From assembly GCA_013426185.1 (NCBI GenBank), contig CP058602.1, positions 546,279-610,278 on the forward strand: a stretch of DNA of 64,000 nt. The letters run 5' to 3'. Positions 30,220 through 40,149 of the stretch are shown here, piece by piece. Within the stretch, counting starts at the first letter, position 1. The number at the start of each line of letters is the position of its first letter. The DNA is from Candidatus Woesebacteria bacterium (GTDB lineage Bacteria; Patescibacteriota; Microgenomatia; UBA8517). A model generated the notes under the pieces. That model saw only the letters and a list, made by a program, of their open reading frames with translations, did no database searches and was not told the DNA's origin. A program made the position numbers and the translations under genes.

Positions 30220-32688
30220 CTAACGCCAAGAATCAAACCAGTAGTAAGAATCATCAAGTGATCTTAGAACCGGAAAACCAATTAAATGTGGATAAAAATA
30301 AAGAAAGATAACCAAAGAAAAAGCCAAAAAAGGTAAAAAGAGCTTCATATTCTTTCTTAGAATAAAGCCAATAGATATTGCCAAAAAAGGAAGAGAGGGC
30401 AAATAATGGTAAAAAAACATAATTCTTGGCGAGACAGCCCAAGGCACAAAAAAGACAAGATAAGAAAAAACAACCCAAGATAACTTCTTGTTTCTTAGGA
30501 TATAGGCATAATATAACGTCGAAAAAACTGAAAACAAGCCAAACCAAAAAACGAGAGGATTACCAAAAGCATAGATATTGGCTACTTTACCACCGGCAAA
30601 GGAATTGGTATAAAGCCACATGGGCCTCAACAAAAGAGGCCAACTCCACCAGCTTGAAGTATAAGGATGAGTAGCTTTAAGTCCTGTGTGATACCACCAC
30701 ATCTGTTTTTGAACACCAATAAAGATATCAAAATTATGCCCTGTCAAAAACATCTGAGTGTAGCTTGCAATGTAGACCAATGGTGGTAAAACCAAAAACC
30801 AAAGGTAAGAGGCTTTGAGTTTCTTACCAAAAGCGAAAAACGCTGAAAAAAGAATTGGCACCACCCAAACTGCGCTCCACTTGGAAGAAAGAGCAAGGCC
30901 AAAAGCAAGACTTGAAAAAAACAACTTATCTTTCAAAAAAAGATAGATTGCCAAAAGAGAAAAAAAGACAAAATAAATATCATTCATTCCAATTCTACTC
31001 ATAACAAGAAATAGTCCATCCAGGCTTAAAGCCAAAGCTGAAAATAAAGCCGCTATCTTGTCATCAAAAATTTCTTTGGCAATAAGATAAACCAAAAAAA
31101 TTGAAAGCGTCCCAAGCAAAGCCGCCGGAGCCCGCCAACCAAAAGAATTCTCACCAAAAACAAACATCCCTAGTTGCATTCCTATCTTTGCTAAAGGCGG
31201 ATGTGACCATTCATAGGCATAACCTTCAGGATGTGGATTCCACCACTCCCAAGCTTTAGGCTCACCATGCATCATCAAGCGAGCAGTAAAAGCATGATAG
31301 ACTTCATCAAAATATTCTCTTTGCGGGTTTCCTAGATAAAAAAGCCTGCTTACAAAAGAGAATAGCAAAATAAAAGATATAAAAATATTGATCGTCCTTT
31401 TAGAAATTTCAACTTTATTAAAAAGTTTCCTAAAGCCATTTCTTGACCTTGGCATCTTTTTAATCTTTTCAAGCCAAAAAAACAAACTTTCCCTCTTTTT
31501 TGAAAAGAGATCTTTAACCCAGAAGATAAAAAGTGATAATTCAAGAAAAATAATTGCTTTAATTAAAAACGGAGAGAAAACTTCTCTGAAATCTTGGGTG
31601 ATCCAAATAAAAGAATAATAAAGATTAAGGCAGTAAATAAAAGAAAAAAGAACATAAACTAAGAAAAGATTGGAGTAGATTGAAGCTGAGATAAGAAGTG
31701 GGGCAAAAACAGGCAAAAGATGTCTCTCATGCATTCTAGGAAAAAAAAGAAAAGACACACCAAATACTAAAGCCAAGATCAAATACTCGCCACCCTTTGT
31801 CTTCTTAAACTTCAAAAAAGAAAAGAAGGAAACAAGAAAAAGAATAAGAAAGGCAAACAAAGAAGGAAAGATGTTTAAATCAGGCTTCCAAAAACCAAAA
31901 AGTCCCCAAAAGTTGAAAGCGTTAACTGAAGTATAAGGATATTGCCCCAAAGTCTGCTTTATTCTTTCTATTACAAAAACTGAGAATTCATTAAGAGTCT
32001 TACCAAACGGTAAGAAAGGCAAAAAACTAATAACAAAAACCGAAAAAGAGGTTAAAACATAAAAAACGAATTTACGAAAAGGAACTTTCTTTTGCCAAAA
32101 TAGAAACAAAAGTGGAATCACAGTCAGGGCTGCCTGAATCTTGACAGCCGTTCCAATAGAAAGGAAAATAGCCGAAAGATAAAGATCGCGGCTAAAAAAA
32201 TATAAAGAAAGAAGAGAAAAAAGAATAGTCAAGGAATCAACCTGCCCCCACAAAGAAGAATTGGCAAAAATGGCAGGGTTAAAAACATAAAAAATCAGGG
32301 CCCAAAAGGCGATCTTCTCACCTTTAAGACCTCTGATTATTTTGTAAAGCAAAAAACCTGAAATTAAATCGGCTAAAATAGCAGGCAATTTATAAAGAAT
32401 CTCGTTTGGAAAAAATGGCAAAGCATTTTTAATTTTGCCCAAGATAAAAAGGAAATAAAGATAACCCGGCAGGTAATCAGACCAAGCCTTGTAGAAATCG
32501 GGAAAGGGCAAATTAATCAGTCTCTGACTCCAGGCTACAAAAGTATTAAAATCAATCTCCAACGTCCCAAAAAATGACAAACAAAGCCTAAAAAATAAAG
32601 CAACAAAAAGAATCATAAAGACTTTACTCCTTGTGATTCTTGACCAAAAATTGGTCAAAAAAGAATAACTGTTAGAACGCGTTTTCAT
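30220..32688 (-). CDS. Large GT-C-fold membrane glycosyltransferase (PMT/ArnT-like, GT39/GT83 type), apparently a fusion of two polytopic modules.
   Basis: The 822-aa protein has more than 20 predicted TM helices. The second half carries DEVYHAFTARLMMHGEPKAWEWWNPHPEGYAYEWSHPPLAKIGMQLGMFVFGENSFGWR, typical of dolichyl/undecaprenyl-phosphate-sugar-dependent PMT-like transferases. Confidence 0.65.
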   Translation of the reverse strand: MKTRSNSYSFLTNFWSRITRSKVFMILFVALFFRLCLSFFGTLEIDFNTFVAWSQRLINLPFPDFYKAWSDYLPGYLYFLFILGKIKNALPFFPNEILYKLPAILADLISGFLLYKIIRGLKGEKIAFWALIFYVFNPAIFANSSLWGQVDSLTILFSLLSLYFFSRDLYLSAIFLSIGTAVKIQAALTVIPLLFLFWQKKVPFRKFVFYVLTSFSVFVISFLPFLPFGKTLNEFSVFVIERIKQTLGQYPYTSVNAFNFWGLFGFWKPDLNIFPSLFAFLILFLVSFFSFLKFKKTKGGEYLILALVFGVSFLFFPRMHERHLLPVFAPLLISASIYSNLFLVYVLFSFIYCLNLYYSFIWITQDFREVFSPFLIKAIIFLELSLFIFWVKDLFSKKRESLFFWLEKIKKMPRSRNGFRKLFNKVEISKRTINIFISFILLFSFVSRLFYLGNPQREYFDEVYHAFTARLMMHGEPKAWEWWNPHPEGYAYEWSHPPLAKIGMQLGMFVFGENSFGWRAPAALLGTLSIFLVYLIAKEIFDDKIAALFSALALSLDGLFLVMSRIGMNDIYFVFFSLLAIYLFLKDKLFFSSLAFGLALSSKWSAVWVVPILFSAFFAFGKKLKASYLWFLVLPPLVYIASYTQMFLTGHNFDIFIGVQKQMWWYHTGLKATHPYTSSWWSWPLLLRPMWLYTNSFAGGKVANIYAFGNPLVFWFGLFSVFSTLYYAYILRNKKLSWVVFSYLVFFVPWAVSPRIMFFYHYLPSLPFLAISIGFILRKNMKLFLPFLAFSLVIFLYFYPHLIGFPVLRSLDDSYYWFDSWR

Positions 32689-32762
32689 AATAAACAGCCT
32701 TGATTATAAACAAAGAAAAACTTAGTTTCCACAAGCAAAGCCTAAAACTATATAATTAACCT

Positions 32763-33914
32763 GTGAGAACAGAAACTAAAATATCCATTCTTATTTTTCT
32801 TGCTTTTTTGTTAATCTATTTTTTATCTTCCTCGGGAAAAATGCCTTACGATTATTTTCTAAGACTGGCTAATGCTTTTCTAAAAGGTAAATATTACCTT
32901 GAAGAAAATCCTCCCTGGCTTTCAGAATTAATACCTCAAGGTGAAAATAAATTTTTTGTTGTTCACCCACCAATGCCCGCTGTCCTTCTTGCTCCATTTG
33001 TTCTTATCTTTAAAGAAAGATTTGAGCAACAATATTTAGCTCATATTCTGGGGGCTTTAATTCCAGTTGTTGTCTTTAATCTTGCTCTTAAAATTAAAAA
33101 GGATTTAAAACTTGCTCTTTGGTCTTCAATTATCTCAGGAGCAGGAAATATAATTTGGTTTCTTTCCTCGGTCGGCTCTTCTTGGTACTTGGGACAAATC
33201 ACAGCTTGTCTTTTCTTAACCATCTCTATCAAAAATCTCATCTCCACCAAAGACGCCTTGAAAACAGGAGTATTTTTGGGAGCAGCATATCTTTCAAGGG
33301 TAAACATTCTTGTTTCTTTGCCATTCTTCCTACTAGGAATGGGGTCAAAAACAAAAAAAGATTACCTCAAGCTCCTCTTAGGTTTTCTTCCCTTTTTTGC
33401 TTTTAACAGTTTCTATAACTTTATCCGCTACAACACTATCTTTGATGTTGGCTATGCAAAAATTCCTGGCATATTTGATGAGCCTTGGTACCAAAAGGGC
33501 CTTGTTAACATTACCTATATTCCATCTCATCTAAAAATATTTCTTCTAGGACTACCTAAGATCAAGGATTCTTTCCCTTACATAATTCCCACCTGGGCAG
33601 GAATGGCAATTTGGCTAACAACTCCAGCTTTTATTTTCTCTTTTTTTGCACCTCTAAAAGAAAAATTAGTAAAACTAGCGTGGCTTTCCATTTTTCTTAT
33701 TTCCCTTATCATCTTTAGCCACGGCAGTACAGGATTCACTCAATTTGGCTACCGTTTTGCGGTTGATTTTTATCCCTTCCTCTTTTTTCTAACCATAAAG
33801 GGGGTCGCAAAAACAAAATTAAAAAAGATACATTGGTTGCTACTTATTATCTCGATTATAGTTAACCTGTGGGGTGTTTTGTGGATCAATAAATTCCAAT
33901 GGGTAAGTTTCTGA
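32763..33914 (+). CDS. Polytopic membrane protein, putative GT-C-type glycosyltransferase.
   Basis: The 383-aa protein has about 10 TM helices. It lies between two GT-C genes. No catalytic motif could be pinned down. Confidence 0.35.
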   Translation: MRTETKISILIFLAFLLIYFLSSSGKMPYDYFLRLANAFLKGKYYLEENPPWLSELIPQGENKFFVVHPPMPAVLLAPFVLIFKERFEQQYLAHILGALIPVVVFNLALKIKKDLKLALWSSIISGAGNIIWFLSSVGSSWYLGQITACLFLTISIKNLISTKDALKTGVFLGAAYLSRVNILVSLPFFLLGMGSKTKKDYLKLLLGFLPFFAFNSFYNFIRYNTIFDVGYAKIPGIFDEPWYQKGLVNITYIPSHLKIFLLGLPKIKDSFPYIIPTWAGMAIWLTTPAFIFSFFAPLKEKLVKLAWLSIFLISLIIFSHGSTGFTQFGYRFAVDFYPFLFFLTIKGVAKTKLKKIHWLLLIISIIVNLWGVLWINKFQWVSF

Positions 33915-35326
33915 AAAAATATTTCTCTCTAATACCAGCTATTTATCTTGCAATAATTTACCTAAAAACTCTTTTACCTGATGTTGGTTTTTGGGATACT
34001 GGGGAATTTCAGACTATTGGTTATACTTTTGATATCTCGCACCCGACAGGCTATCCGCTTTATATTATCTTACTTAAAATATTCACCTCCTTTTTGCCTA
34101 TCGGCAACATTGCCTATCGAGCCAATCTTCTCTCAGCACTTCTTTCTATTTTCGCCATATATTTTGTCTCAAAAACCATTTTTATTATTACCAAAAATAT
34201 CGCTCTCTCACTTTTTGTTCCCATTATTCTTGGCACAAACCCCTTCCTTTGGTCAACCTCGACAAGAGCCGATCCACACACGCTTCACTTCTTTTTTGTC
34301 TCACTTTTCATCTATATTCAAAGCTTAATAATAATCAAAAAGAAACATAAAATGCTTTACCTTCTATCTCTTGTTTTCGGCCTCTCCCTTACTAATCATC
34401 TGCTATCAATTTTTATCTTGCCTACCTTTATCTTAACTTTACTGCTTATTAAAATTCCTCTTAAGAAAAAGGTGATAACTAACGCTTTAGTTTTTATTCC
34501 TCTTTTGATTTATCTTATTATTCCAACTATTTATCACTTCAAAGGAGCCTACACCATAGACTACAATCTTAAAAATCCTCACAACTTTGTAAGATATATT
34601 TTGGGGCAGGATTTTTCACCTCAGTCAAGCTTCAAAATCAGCAAGGACCTTTTTGTCAATTTAGCTAATGGAGTCAAGCTACTTGAGAAAAATATGGGCC
34701 GTTTTTTATTTTTGACCTCAATTTTTGGACTAGTTGTCTTTGTCATCAAAGAAAAACTTGCCTTGGCGCTTCCCCCTCTTTTTCTCTTGAATCTATTCTT
34801 TTCAGCAAATTATCAAAACGCGGTAATAGAAAGATATTTCCTAACCAATCTGCTTTTACTTTTTCTCTCAACAGCGTATCTTCTCAACATATTTCTTAGA
34901 AATCTAGAACTAATCATTAGAAATAAAACAGGCAAATTCAAATTTACAAATCTCGGACTAAATTTTTTGATCGCCCTTCTATTAATTGCTCCTATCAGAG
35001 ACAACATTTTGAAAAACTACAAGAACATAAACCAAAGTAAAAACTATCACGCAAGAAACTGGGCTACTTCAACTTTGAACAGTCTTGAACCAAACGCTGT
35101 TATCTTCTCATGGTGGAGCTATTCCACTCCACTTTGGTATTTACAAAAGGTTGAAAAGACAAGACCAGATGTTCTTGTTATTAATGATGGCCAGAACAAT
35201 TGGGAAGAAAAAGCAAAATATTACTTAGGAAAAAGGCCTGTTTATTTTATAGAAAAGATAAAACTCAAAGATGAGAATTTAACACTAATAAACAAAGGGT
35301 CTGTTTTTAAACTTGAAGAAAATTAA
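33899..35326 (+). CDS. DUF2723/TMEM260-like GT-C membrane glycosyltransferase.
   Basis: The N-terminal motif DVGFWDTGEFQTIGYTFDISHPTGYPLYIIL resembles the DUF2723 (TMEM260 O-mannosyltransferase family) signature D[ST]GEF. The 475-aa protein is polytopic. Confidence 0.55.
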   Translation: MGKFLKKYFSLIPAIYLAIIYLKTLLPDVGFWDTGEFQTIGYTFDISHPTGYPLYIILLKIFTSFLPIGNIAYRANLLSALLSIFAIYFVSKTIFIITKNIALSLFVPIILGTNPFLWSTSTRADPHTLHFFFVSLFIYIQSLIIIKKKHKMLYLLSLVFGLSLTNHLLSIFILPTFILTLLLIKIPLKKKVITNALVFIPLLIYLIIPTIYHFKGAYTIDYNLKNPHNFVRYILGQDFSPQSSFKISKDLFVNLANGVKLLEKNMGRFLFLTSIFGLVVFVIKEKLALALPPLFLLNLFFSANYQNAVIERYFLTNLLLLFLSTAYLLNIFLRNLELIIRNKTGKFKFTNLGLNFLIALLLIAPIRDNILKNYKNINQSKNYHARNWATSTLNSLEPNAVIFSWWSYSTPLWYLQKVEKTRPDVLVINDGQNNWEEKAKYYLGKRPVYFIEKIKLKDENLTLINKGSVFKLEEN

Positions 35327-36426
35327 TTTCTCAAAAAACCATCTACCCACTTATAAACCTCTTCAAAATTAACTTCTTTGGGAACAAACACATAAAGATT
35401 GTCATATTTTGAGGATTTCAAAGGGACAATAAACAAATCCTTGGGTAAGACCTCGTTTTTGATATTGCTCCTTGCTGCCAAGAACTGTCTAGATAAGGCT
35501 ACCATTGTCCTTGTGTCAATATCAGTCTCAACATACTTAAAAACCAAATTGGCAAGGTTCTTTACCTTATCAAAAGAAGACCAAAATTCCCTTTTTTGAA
35601 GCGAGTTGATAATTGCTTTTATCACCAACTGCTGCCTTTTTGCTCGAGCAAGATCATTCCCCTCATCGCCTTGGGCTTTACGAGAGCGAACAAACTTTAA
35701 AGCAGTCTCACCATCCATCTTTTGCCACCCTTTTTCAAATCGAACTGTTTCATAACGGCACTTAAAAAGCGGGTCGCCATTACAATTATCATTTTCTCGA
35801 CCTGCTATCGGATACCATTCGTCAACAAAAGGCTCTTCAACATAAACATCAATACCGCCCAAGCTATCAATAACCTCTTTAAACAAAGAAAAATCAACCA
35901 CCAAAGCGTAATGAACAGGCTCACCTGTTACTTCTTCAACCACCGCTTTTGATAAGACCAATCCTCCTCCCACCTCTTTTTTATTGCCCCAATAATAGAC
36001 ACTATTTAATTTAGCCCTTAAAGGCTCGATCCAGATGTCACGAGGTAAGGAAATTAAATAAATTCCAGGTTTTTGTTCTTTATCTTTCAATTTTAAAGAA
36101 ACAAAAATCATAGTATCTGTCAAGTCAGGTGCTTCATGCCCCGCCCCTCCTTTACCCAAGATTAAAAAGTTAACTCTTGTGCCAGTTGATCTAAAATCAG
36201 AAGTTGAAGAAAAAGCAAAAGCACGAAATAGATCAAGGTAATAATGAACTCTTGTATTTTGGATAAGCTTTATAAGACCAAAGACCAAGATAAAAAACAA
36301 AACCAAAATGGAAGAAAAAATGACCCCTCTTACAAACCAGACATTTTTAAAAATTTTCCTTCTGATTTTTAAAACACTAGCTCTTAACTTCAAAATCCGC
36401 CTTGATATTTTTTTTTCCTTTGCCAT
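35323..36426 (-). CDS. LytR-CpsA-Psr (LCP) family cell-wall glycopolymer phosphotransferase.
   Basis: An N-terminal TM anchor is present. The LCP core is FLILGKGGAGHEAPDLTDTMIFVSLKL...IYLISLPRD, with DTM and SLPRD motifs. Confidence 0.75.
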   Translation of the reverse strand: MAKEKKISRRILKLRASVLKIRRKIFKNVWFVRGVIFSSILVLFFILVFGLIKLIQNTRVHYYLDLFRAFAFSSTSDFRSTGTRVNFLILGKGGAGHEAPDLTDTMIFVSLKLKDKEQKPGIYLISLPRDIWIEPLRAKLNSVYYWGNKKEVGGGLVLSKAVVEEVTGEPVHYALVVDFSLFKEVIDSLGGIDVYVEEPFVDEWYPIAGRENDNCNGDPLFKCRYETVRFEKGWQKMDGETALKFVRSRKAQGDEGNDLARAKRQQLVIKAIINSLQKREFWSSFDKVKNLANLVFKYVETDIDTRTMVALSRQFLAARSNIKNEVLPKDLFIVPLKSSKYDNLYVFVPKEVNFEEVYKWVDGFLRN

Positions 36427-36456
36427 ACTAACTAAAGTAGTTTAAACCATAAAACA

Positions 36457-38349
36457 ATGACAAACAACCTGCTTGAAGGATTAAACAAAGAACAAAAGGA
36501 GGCGGTAACCTACGACGGATCTTCTCTTTTGGTTTTAGCAGGAGCAGGAAGCGGCAAAACCAAAGTCTTGACCTATAGAGCTGCTTGGCTGATTGAAACT
36601 CAAAAAGCAAACCCTGAAAACATACTCCTCTTGACATTTACCAATAAAGCAGCCGGTGAAATGAGGCAAAGGATAGCCTTTTTAACCAAAAACAAACCTG
36701 CTTTCGCTGGGACTTTCCATTCTTTCTGTGCCAAATTGTTAAGAATAGACGGAAATTATATTGGCGTGTCTCGTGATTTTGTTATTTATGATGAAGAGGA
36801 TAGCAAAGATTTAATCAAAGAAATCACAGAGTCAAGAAATTTATCACCTGATTTTTATAAACCCAAAATCATTCTTGGCGAAATATCAGAACTCAAAAAT
36901 AATTTGATTACACCTGATGATTACTTTCAAATTGCCCATGGCGAGTGGCAAGAAAATATCAGTCTCGTCTATCAAACCTATCAGAAAAAACTTAAAAAAG
37001 CAGGCGCTTTAGATTTTGACGATCTTCTTGTTTACGCTTTAAACCTCCTTAAAGAAAATCAAAAAATCAAAGAAAAATGGCAGGAAAAACTAAAATTTGT
37101 TTTGGTTGATGAATGGCAAGACACCAACAAAGTCCAATATCTTTTGACCAAAAACCTGGTTGAAATTCACAAAAATATAACCGCGGTTGGTGATGCTTCA
37201 CAATCAATTTACTCTTGGCGCGGTGCTGATTTCAGAAACATTAACTACCTTATACGCGACTTTCCTCAAATCAAGATTATTAATCTCGAGCAAAATTACC
37301 GCTCAACTCAAAATATACTTGATGCCGCAAACTCAATAATCGCCAAAAATTCATCACACCCCATACTTCGGCTTTGGACCAAAAACCAAAAAGGAGAAAA
37401 AATAACGCTTTATTTTGCTTCAAGCGGTAAAGATGAAGCAAACTTCGTAGCTGAAAAAGTAAAAGAGCTTCTTGAAAAGAAAGAAAACAAAAAGAAAGAT
37501 ATTGCTGTACTTTATCGCACCAACGCCCAATCAAGAACCATTGAAGAAGCTTTCTTAAACCAGGGTATAGCTTACCGTCTGGTTGGAGGGATTAGATTTT
37601 ATGGCAGAGCAGAAATTAAAGATATCGTCTCTTTCTTAAGACTTATTGCAAATCCAAAGGATTCTGTCTCCAAAAAAAGAATACTAAAACTTGGCAAAAG
37701 ACGTTTTGAAAAATTTATCTCACTAAAAGAAGAAATAAAAGACAAAACCGAAAATTTGTCCACCCTTGAAATAATGGATCTGGTTATTGAAAAAACGGAT
37801 TACCTTAAACGCTTCCAGAAAGAAAGTGAAGAAAATATAGCCAAGCTTGAAAATATCAAAGAATTAAGGTCGGTGGCTCGCGAGTTTACTAGCTTATCTG
37901 ATTTCTTGGAAAATGTAGCTTTAATTGAGGCTGAACAAGAAAAAGGTGGCAAAATAAAAAGCCAAGACGAGAACCAAGATATGGTTACTTTAATGACTCT
38001 TCATGCTTCAAAAGGCCTTGAGTTTAAAATCGTCTTTATTGTTGGCATGGAGGAAGGCATTTTCCCTCACTCAAGAAGCCTTGATGATATAAACCAGCTT
38101 GAGGAAGAAAGAAGACTTGCTTATGTTGGCATAACTCGTGCTAAAGAAATGCTTTTTCTCTCGTGCGCTGTCAAGAGGCTTTTCTTTGGCGAAAACATAT
38201 CAAACCCCCCATCTCGCTTTTTAGAAGACATACCAGAAGACTTGATAAATAAAATAGAAAATAATTTGGAAGAAATTTCAAAAAAAGACCTCAAAGAAAA
38301 AATAGACGATTTCTATTCCTTCGAGAGTATAATTAAGAAATACCTCTAA
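36457..38349 (+). CDS. ATP-dependent DNA helicase, UvrD/PcrA/Rep family.
   Basis: Motif I is LLVLAGAGSGKTKVLTYR. Motif II is VDEWQDTN. Motif VI, VGITRAKE, is present in the C-terminal region. The length is 630 aa. Confidence 0.85.
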   Translation: MTNNLLEGLNKEQKEAVTYDGSSLLVLAGAGSGKTKVLTYRAAWLIETQKANPENILLLTFTNKAAGEMRQRIAFLTKNKPAFAGTFHSFCAKLLRIDGNYIGVSRDFVIYDEEDSKDLIKEITESRNLSPDFYKPKIILGEISELKNNLITPDDYFQIAHGEWQENISLVYQTYQKKLKKAGALDFDDLLVYALNLLKENQKIKEKWQEKLKFVLVDEWQDTNKVQYLLTKNLVEIHKNITAVGDASQSIYSWRGADFRNINYLIRDFPQIKIINLEQNYRSTQNILDAANSIIAKNSSHPILRLWTKNQKGEKITLYFASSGKDEANFVAEKVKELLEKKENKKKDIAVLYRTNAQSRTIEEAFLNQGIAYRLVGGIRFYGRAEIKDIVSFLRLIANPKDSVSKKRILKLGKRRFEKFISLKEEIKDKTENLSTLEIMDLVIEKTDYLKRFQKESEENIAKLENIKELRSVAREFTSLSDFLENVALIEAEQEKGGKIKSQDENQDMVTLMTLHASKGLEFKIVFIVGMEEGIFPHSRSLDDINQLEEERRLAYVGITRAKEMLFLSCAVKRLFFGENISNPPSRFLEDIPEDLINKIENNLEEISKKDLKEKIDDFYSFESIIKKYL

Positions 38350-38350
38350 T

Positions 38351-39331
38351 ATGACAAAAAAGGATGCACAGAATTTTAATCTTAAAGTAGATCATCCTCT
38401 TCAAAGCTGGGAATGGGGAGAGTTTAGAAAAGAATGGGGAAATAAAGTTGTAAGAAAAGAAAACTACCAGATAATCTTTAGTAAAATTCCCAAGACCAGC
38501 TTTACAATTGGGACTTTAATTCGTGGCGGGATGCCAAGTGCAAGCGTGCTTAGTGATATAAAGAAAATTGCAAGAGAAAATAAAGCTATTTTTATAAAAC
38601 TTGAGCCAAATATTACCTATGAAGAAAAAGAAAAAGCAAAAAAAGCAGAATCAATACTCAAAAAAGAAGGTTGCGTCAATGGAAAACGCCTTTTTACACC
38701 CGAATCTTTTTGGATAGATTTGACAAAAAGCGAGGAAGAGCTCTTTTCATCATTTCACCCAAAAACAAGATATAACATCCGTTATGCCCAAAGAAAGGGT
38801 GTAACAGTTGAAGAAGACAACTCAGACGCTGCTTTTGAAAAATATCTCAAACTTACCTTTGAAACAGCTAAAAGACAAAATTTTTATGCCCACACTCCGC
38901 TTTATCACAAACTTATGTGGAGACATCTTTATCTTTTACCCAAAAAAGAAGGGAGAGAGCCTGTTGCTCATTTACTTGTTGCCAAATACAGAAAAAAAAT
39001 AATCGTAGCCTGGATTGTTTTTGCCTTCAAAGACTTTCTTTACTACCCTTACGGCGCTTCAGATTACAGATATCACAAACTAATGGCAAGCAATTTAATG
39101 ATGTGGGAAGCAATTAGATTTGGAAAAAAGTTAGGTCTTAAAACCTTTGACCTCTGGGGCAAAGAAGAAGGCAAAGGCTTCACTCGCTTTAAAGAAGGTT
39201 ATAACCCCAAGGTGGTTAAATTCATAGGTAGCTATGATTTAATCATCAATAAGCCCTTTTATCGTATTTATTCTCTAGCAGATAAACTAAGATGGATAAT
39301 CTTAAAAAAGATTCTGCCAATTCTTAGATGA
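38351..39331 (+). CDS. FemAB-family peptidoglycan aminoacyltransferase-like protein (paralog 1).
   Basis: The FemX-like N-terminus is HPLQSWEWGEFRKEWGNKVVR. The C-terminal lobe is IVAWIVFAFKDFLYYPYGASDYRYHKLMASNLMMWEAIRFGKKLGLKTFDLWG, comparable to the FemX YAGS...YAPY...W...DLGG region. Confidence 0.55.
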   Translation: MTKKDAQNFNLKVDHPLQSWEWGEFRKEWGNKVVRKENYQIIFSKIPKTSFTIGTLIRGGMPSASVLSDIKKIARENKAIFIKLEPNITYEEKEKAKKAESILKKEGCVNGKRLFTPESFWIDLTKSEEELFSSFHPKTRYNIRYAQRKGVTVEEDNSDAAFEKYLKLTFETAKRQNFYAHTPLYHKLMWRHLYLLPKKEGREPVAHLLVAKYRKKIIVAWIVFAFKDFLYYPYGASDYRYHKLMASNLMMWEAIRFGKKLGLKTFDLWGKEEGKGFTRFKEGYNPKVVKFIGSYDLIINKPFYRIYSLADKLRWIILKKILPILR

Positions 39332-40149
39332 ATGATATCAGGCAAGACCAAACTTACGCTTTTTACCTTTCAAGGCTTGGCTGGAAGATAAAAAAACAAA
39401 AAAATGTCTACTATTTTATTCGCAAGATTCTACCTTTTTTGCAAATAACTAAAGTTCAACGGCCTGAAACTCTTGACACATCCTTTCTTAAAAAAATTAT
39501 CCTGGAGGAGAAAATAACAATTACCATAGTTGAGCCCAAAGATGAAAGACAAGCTGAAATTCTCAAAAAATTAAACTTCAGGCAAATAAAACCTTATCTA
39601 CCCTCAAAAACTTTGGTAATTGATCTTTCGCAAAAGCTTGAAACAATACTAAAAAAGACGAAAAAAGACTGTCGTCTTTCAATCAAAAAAACAAAAAACA
39701 TCAAAATCAAAAAATGTCAAAGAAAAGACTTGGCAGAATTTTATTCTCTTTGGAAAAAATCAGTTGGCTTCAAAAGGTATGTACCTCCTTTTAATCAAAT
39801 TAAAAACTTGTCACAAATTTTTAAAGAAAACGCCCTGTTTTTGCTTTATAAGGATAGTCAAGGAGCAGCGTCTGGCGCTATTTTTTTAAAAAATAAGTGG
39901 AACGCCTACTACTGGCAAGCCTTTACCAACAAAAAAGCAAGAGAAAAATTAATTCAATATCAAATTGTCTGGCAGGGAGTTCTCTGGGCCAAAAAGAACA
40001 AATGTCTCAACTTTGATTTTGAAGGCGTTTTTGATCCCCGCTTTCCTGACAAAAAATGGCTTGGCTTCTCACACTTCAAGAAAAGTTTTGGTGGAGAAGA
40101 AATCACCTATCCCGGAGCGTTTTTTAAAATCAATTTAAACTTTTGGTGA
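39328..40149 (+). CDS. FemAB-family protein (paralog 2, 4-nt overlap with paralog 1).
   Basis: YAFYLSRLGWKIKKQKNVYYF and LFLLYKDSQGAASGAIFLKNKWNAYYWQAFTNKKAREKLIQYQIVWQGVLWAKKNKCLNFDFEGV follow the FemAB fold pattern. Confidence 0.5.
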   Translation: MNDIRQDQTYAFYLSRLGWKIKKQKNVYYFIRKILPFLQITKVQRPETLDTSFLKKIILEEKITITIVEPKDERQAEILKKLNFRQIKPYLPSKTLVIDLSQKLETILKKTKKDCRLSIKKTKNIKIKKCQRKDLAEFYSLWKKSVGFKRYVPPFNQIKNLSQIFKENALFLLYKDSQGAASGAIFLKNKWNAYYWQAFTNKKAREKLIQYQIVWQGVLWAKKNKCLNFDFEGVFDPRFPDKKWLGFSHFKKSFGGEEITYPGAFFKINLNFW

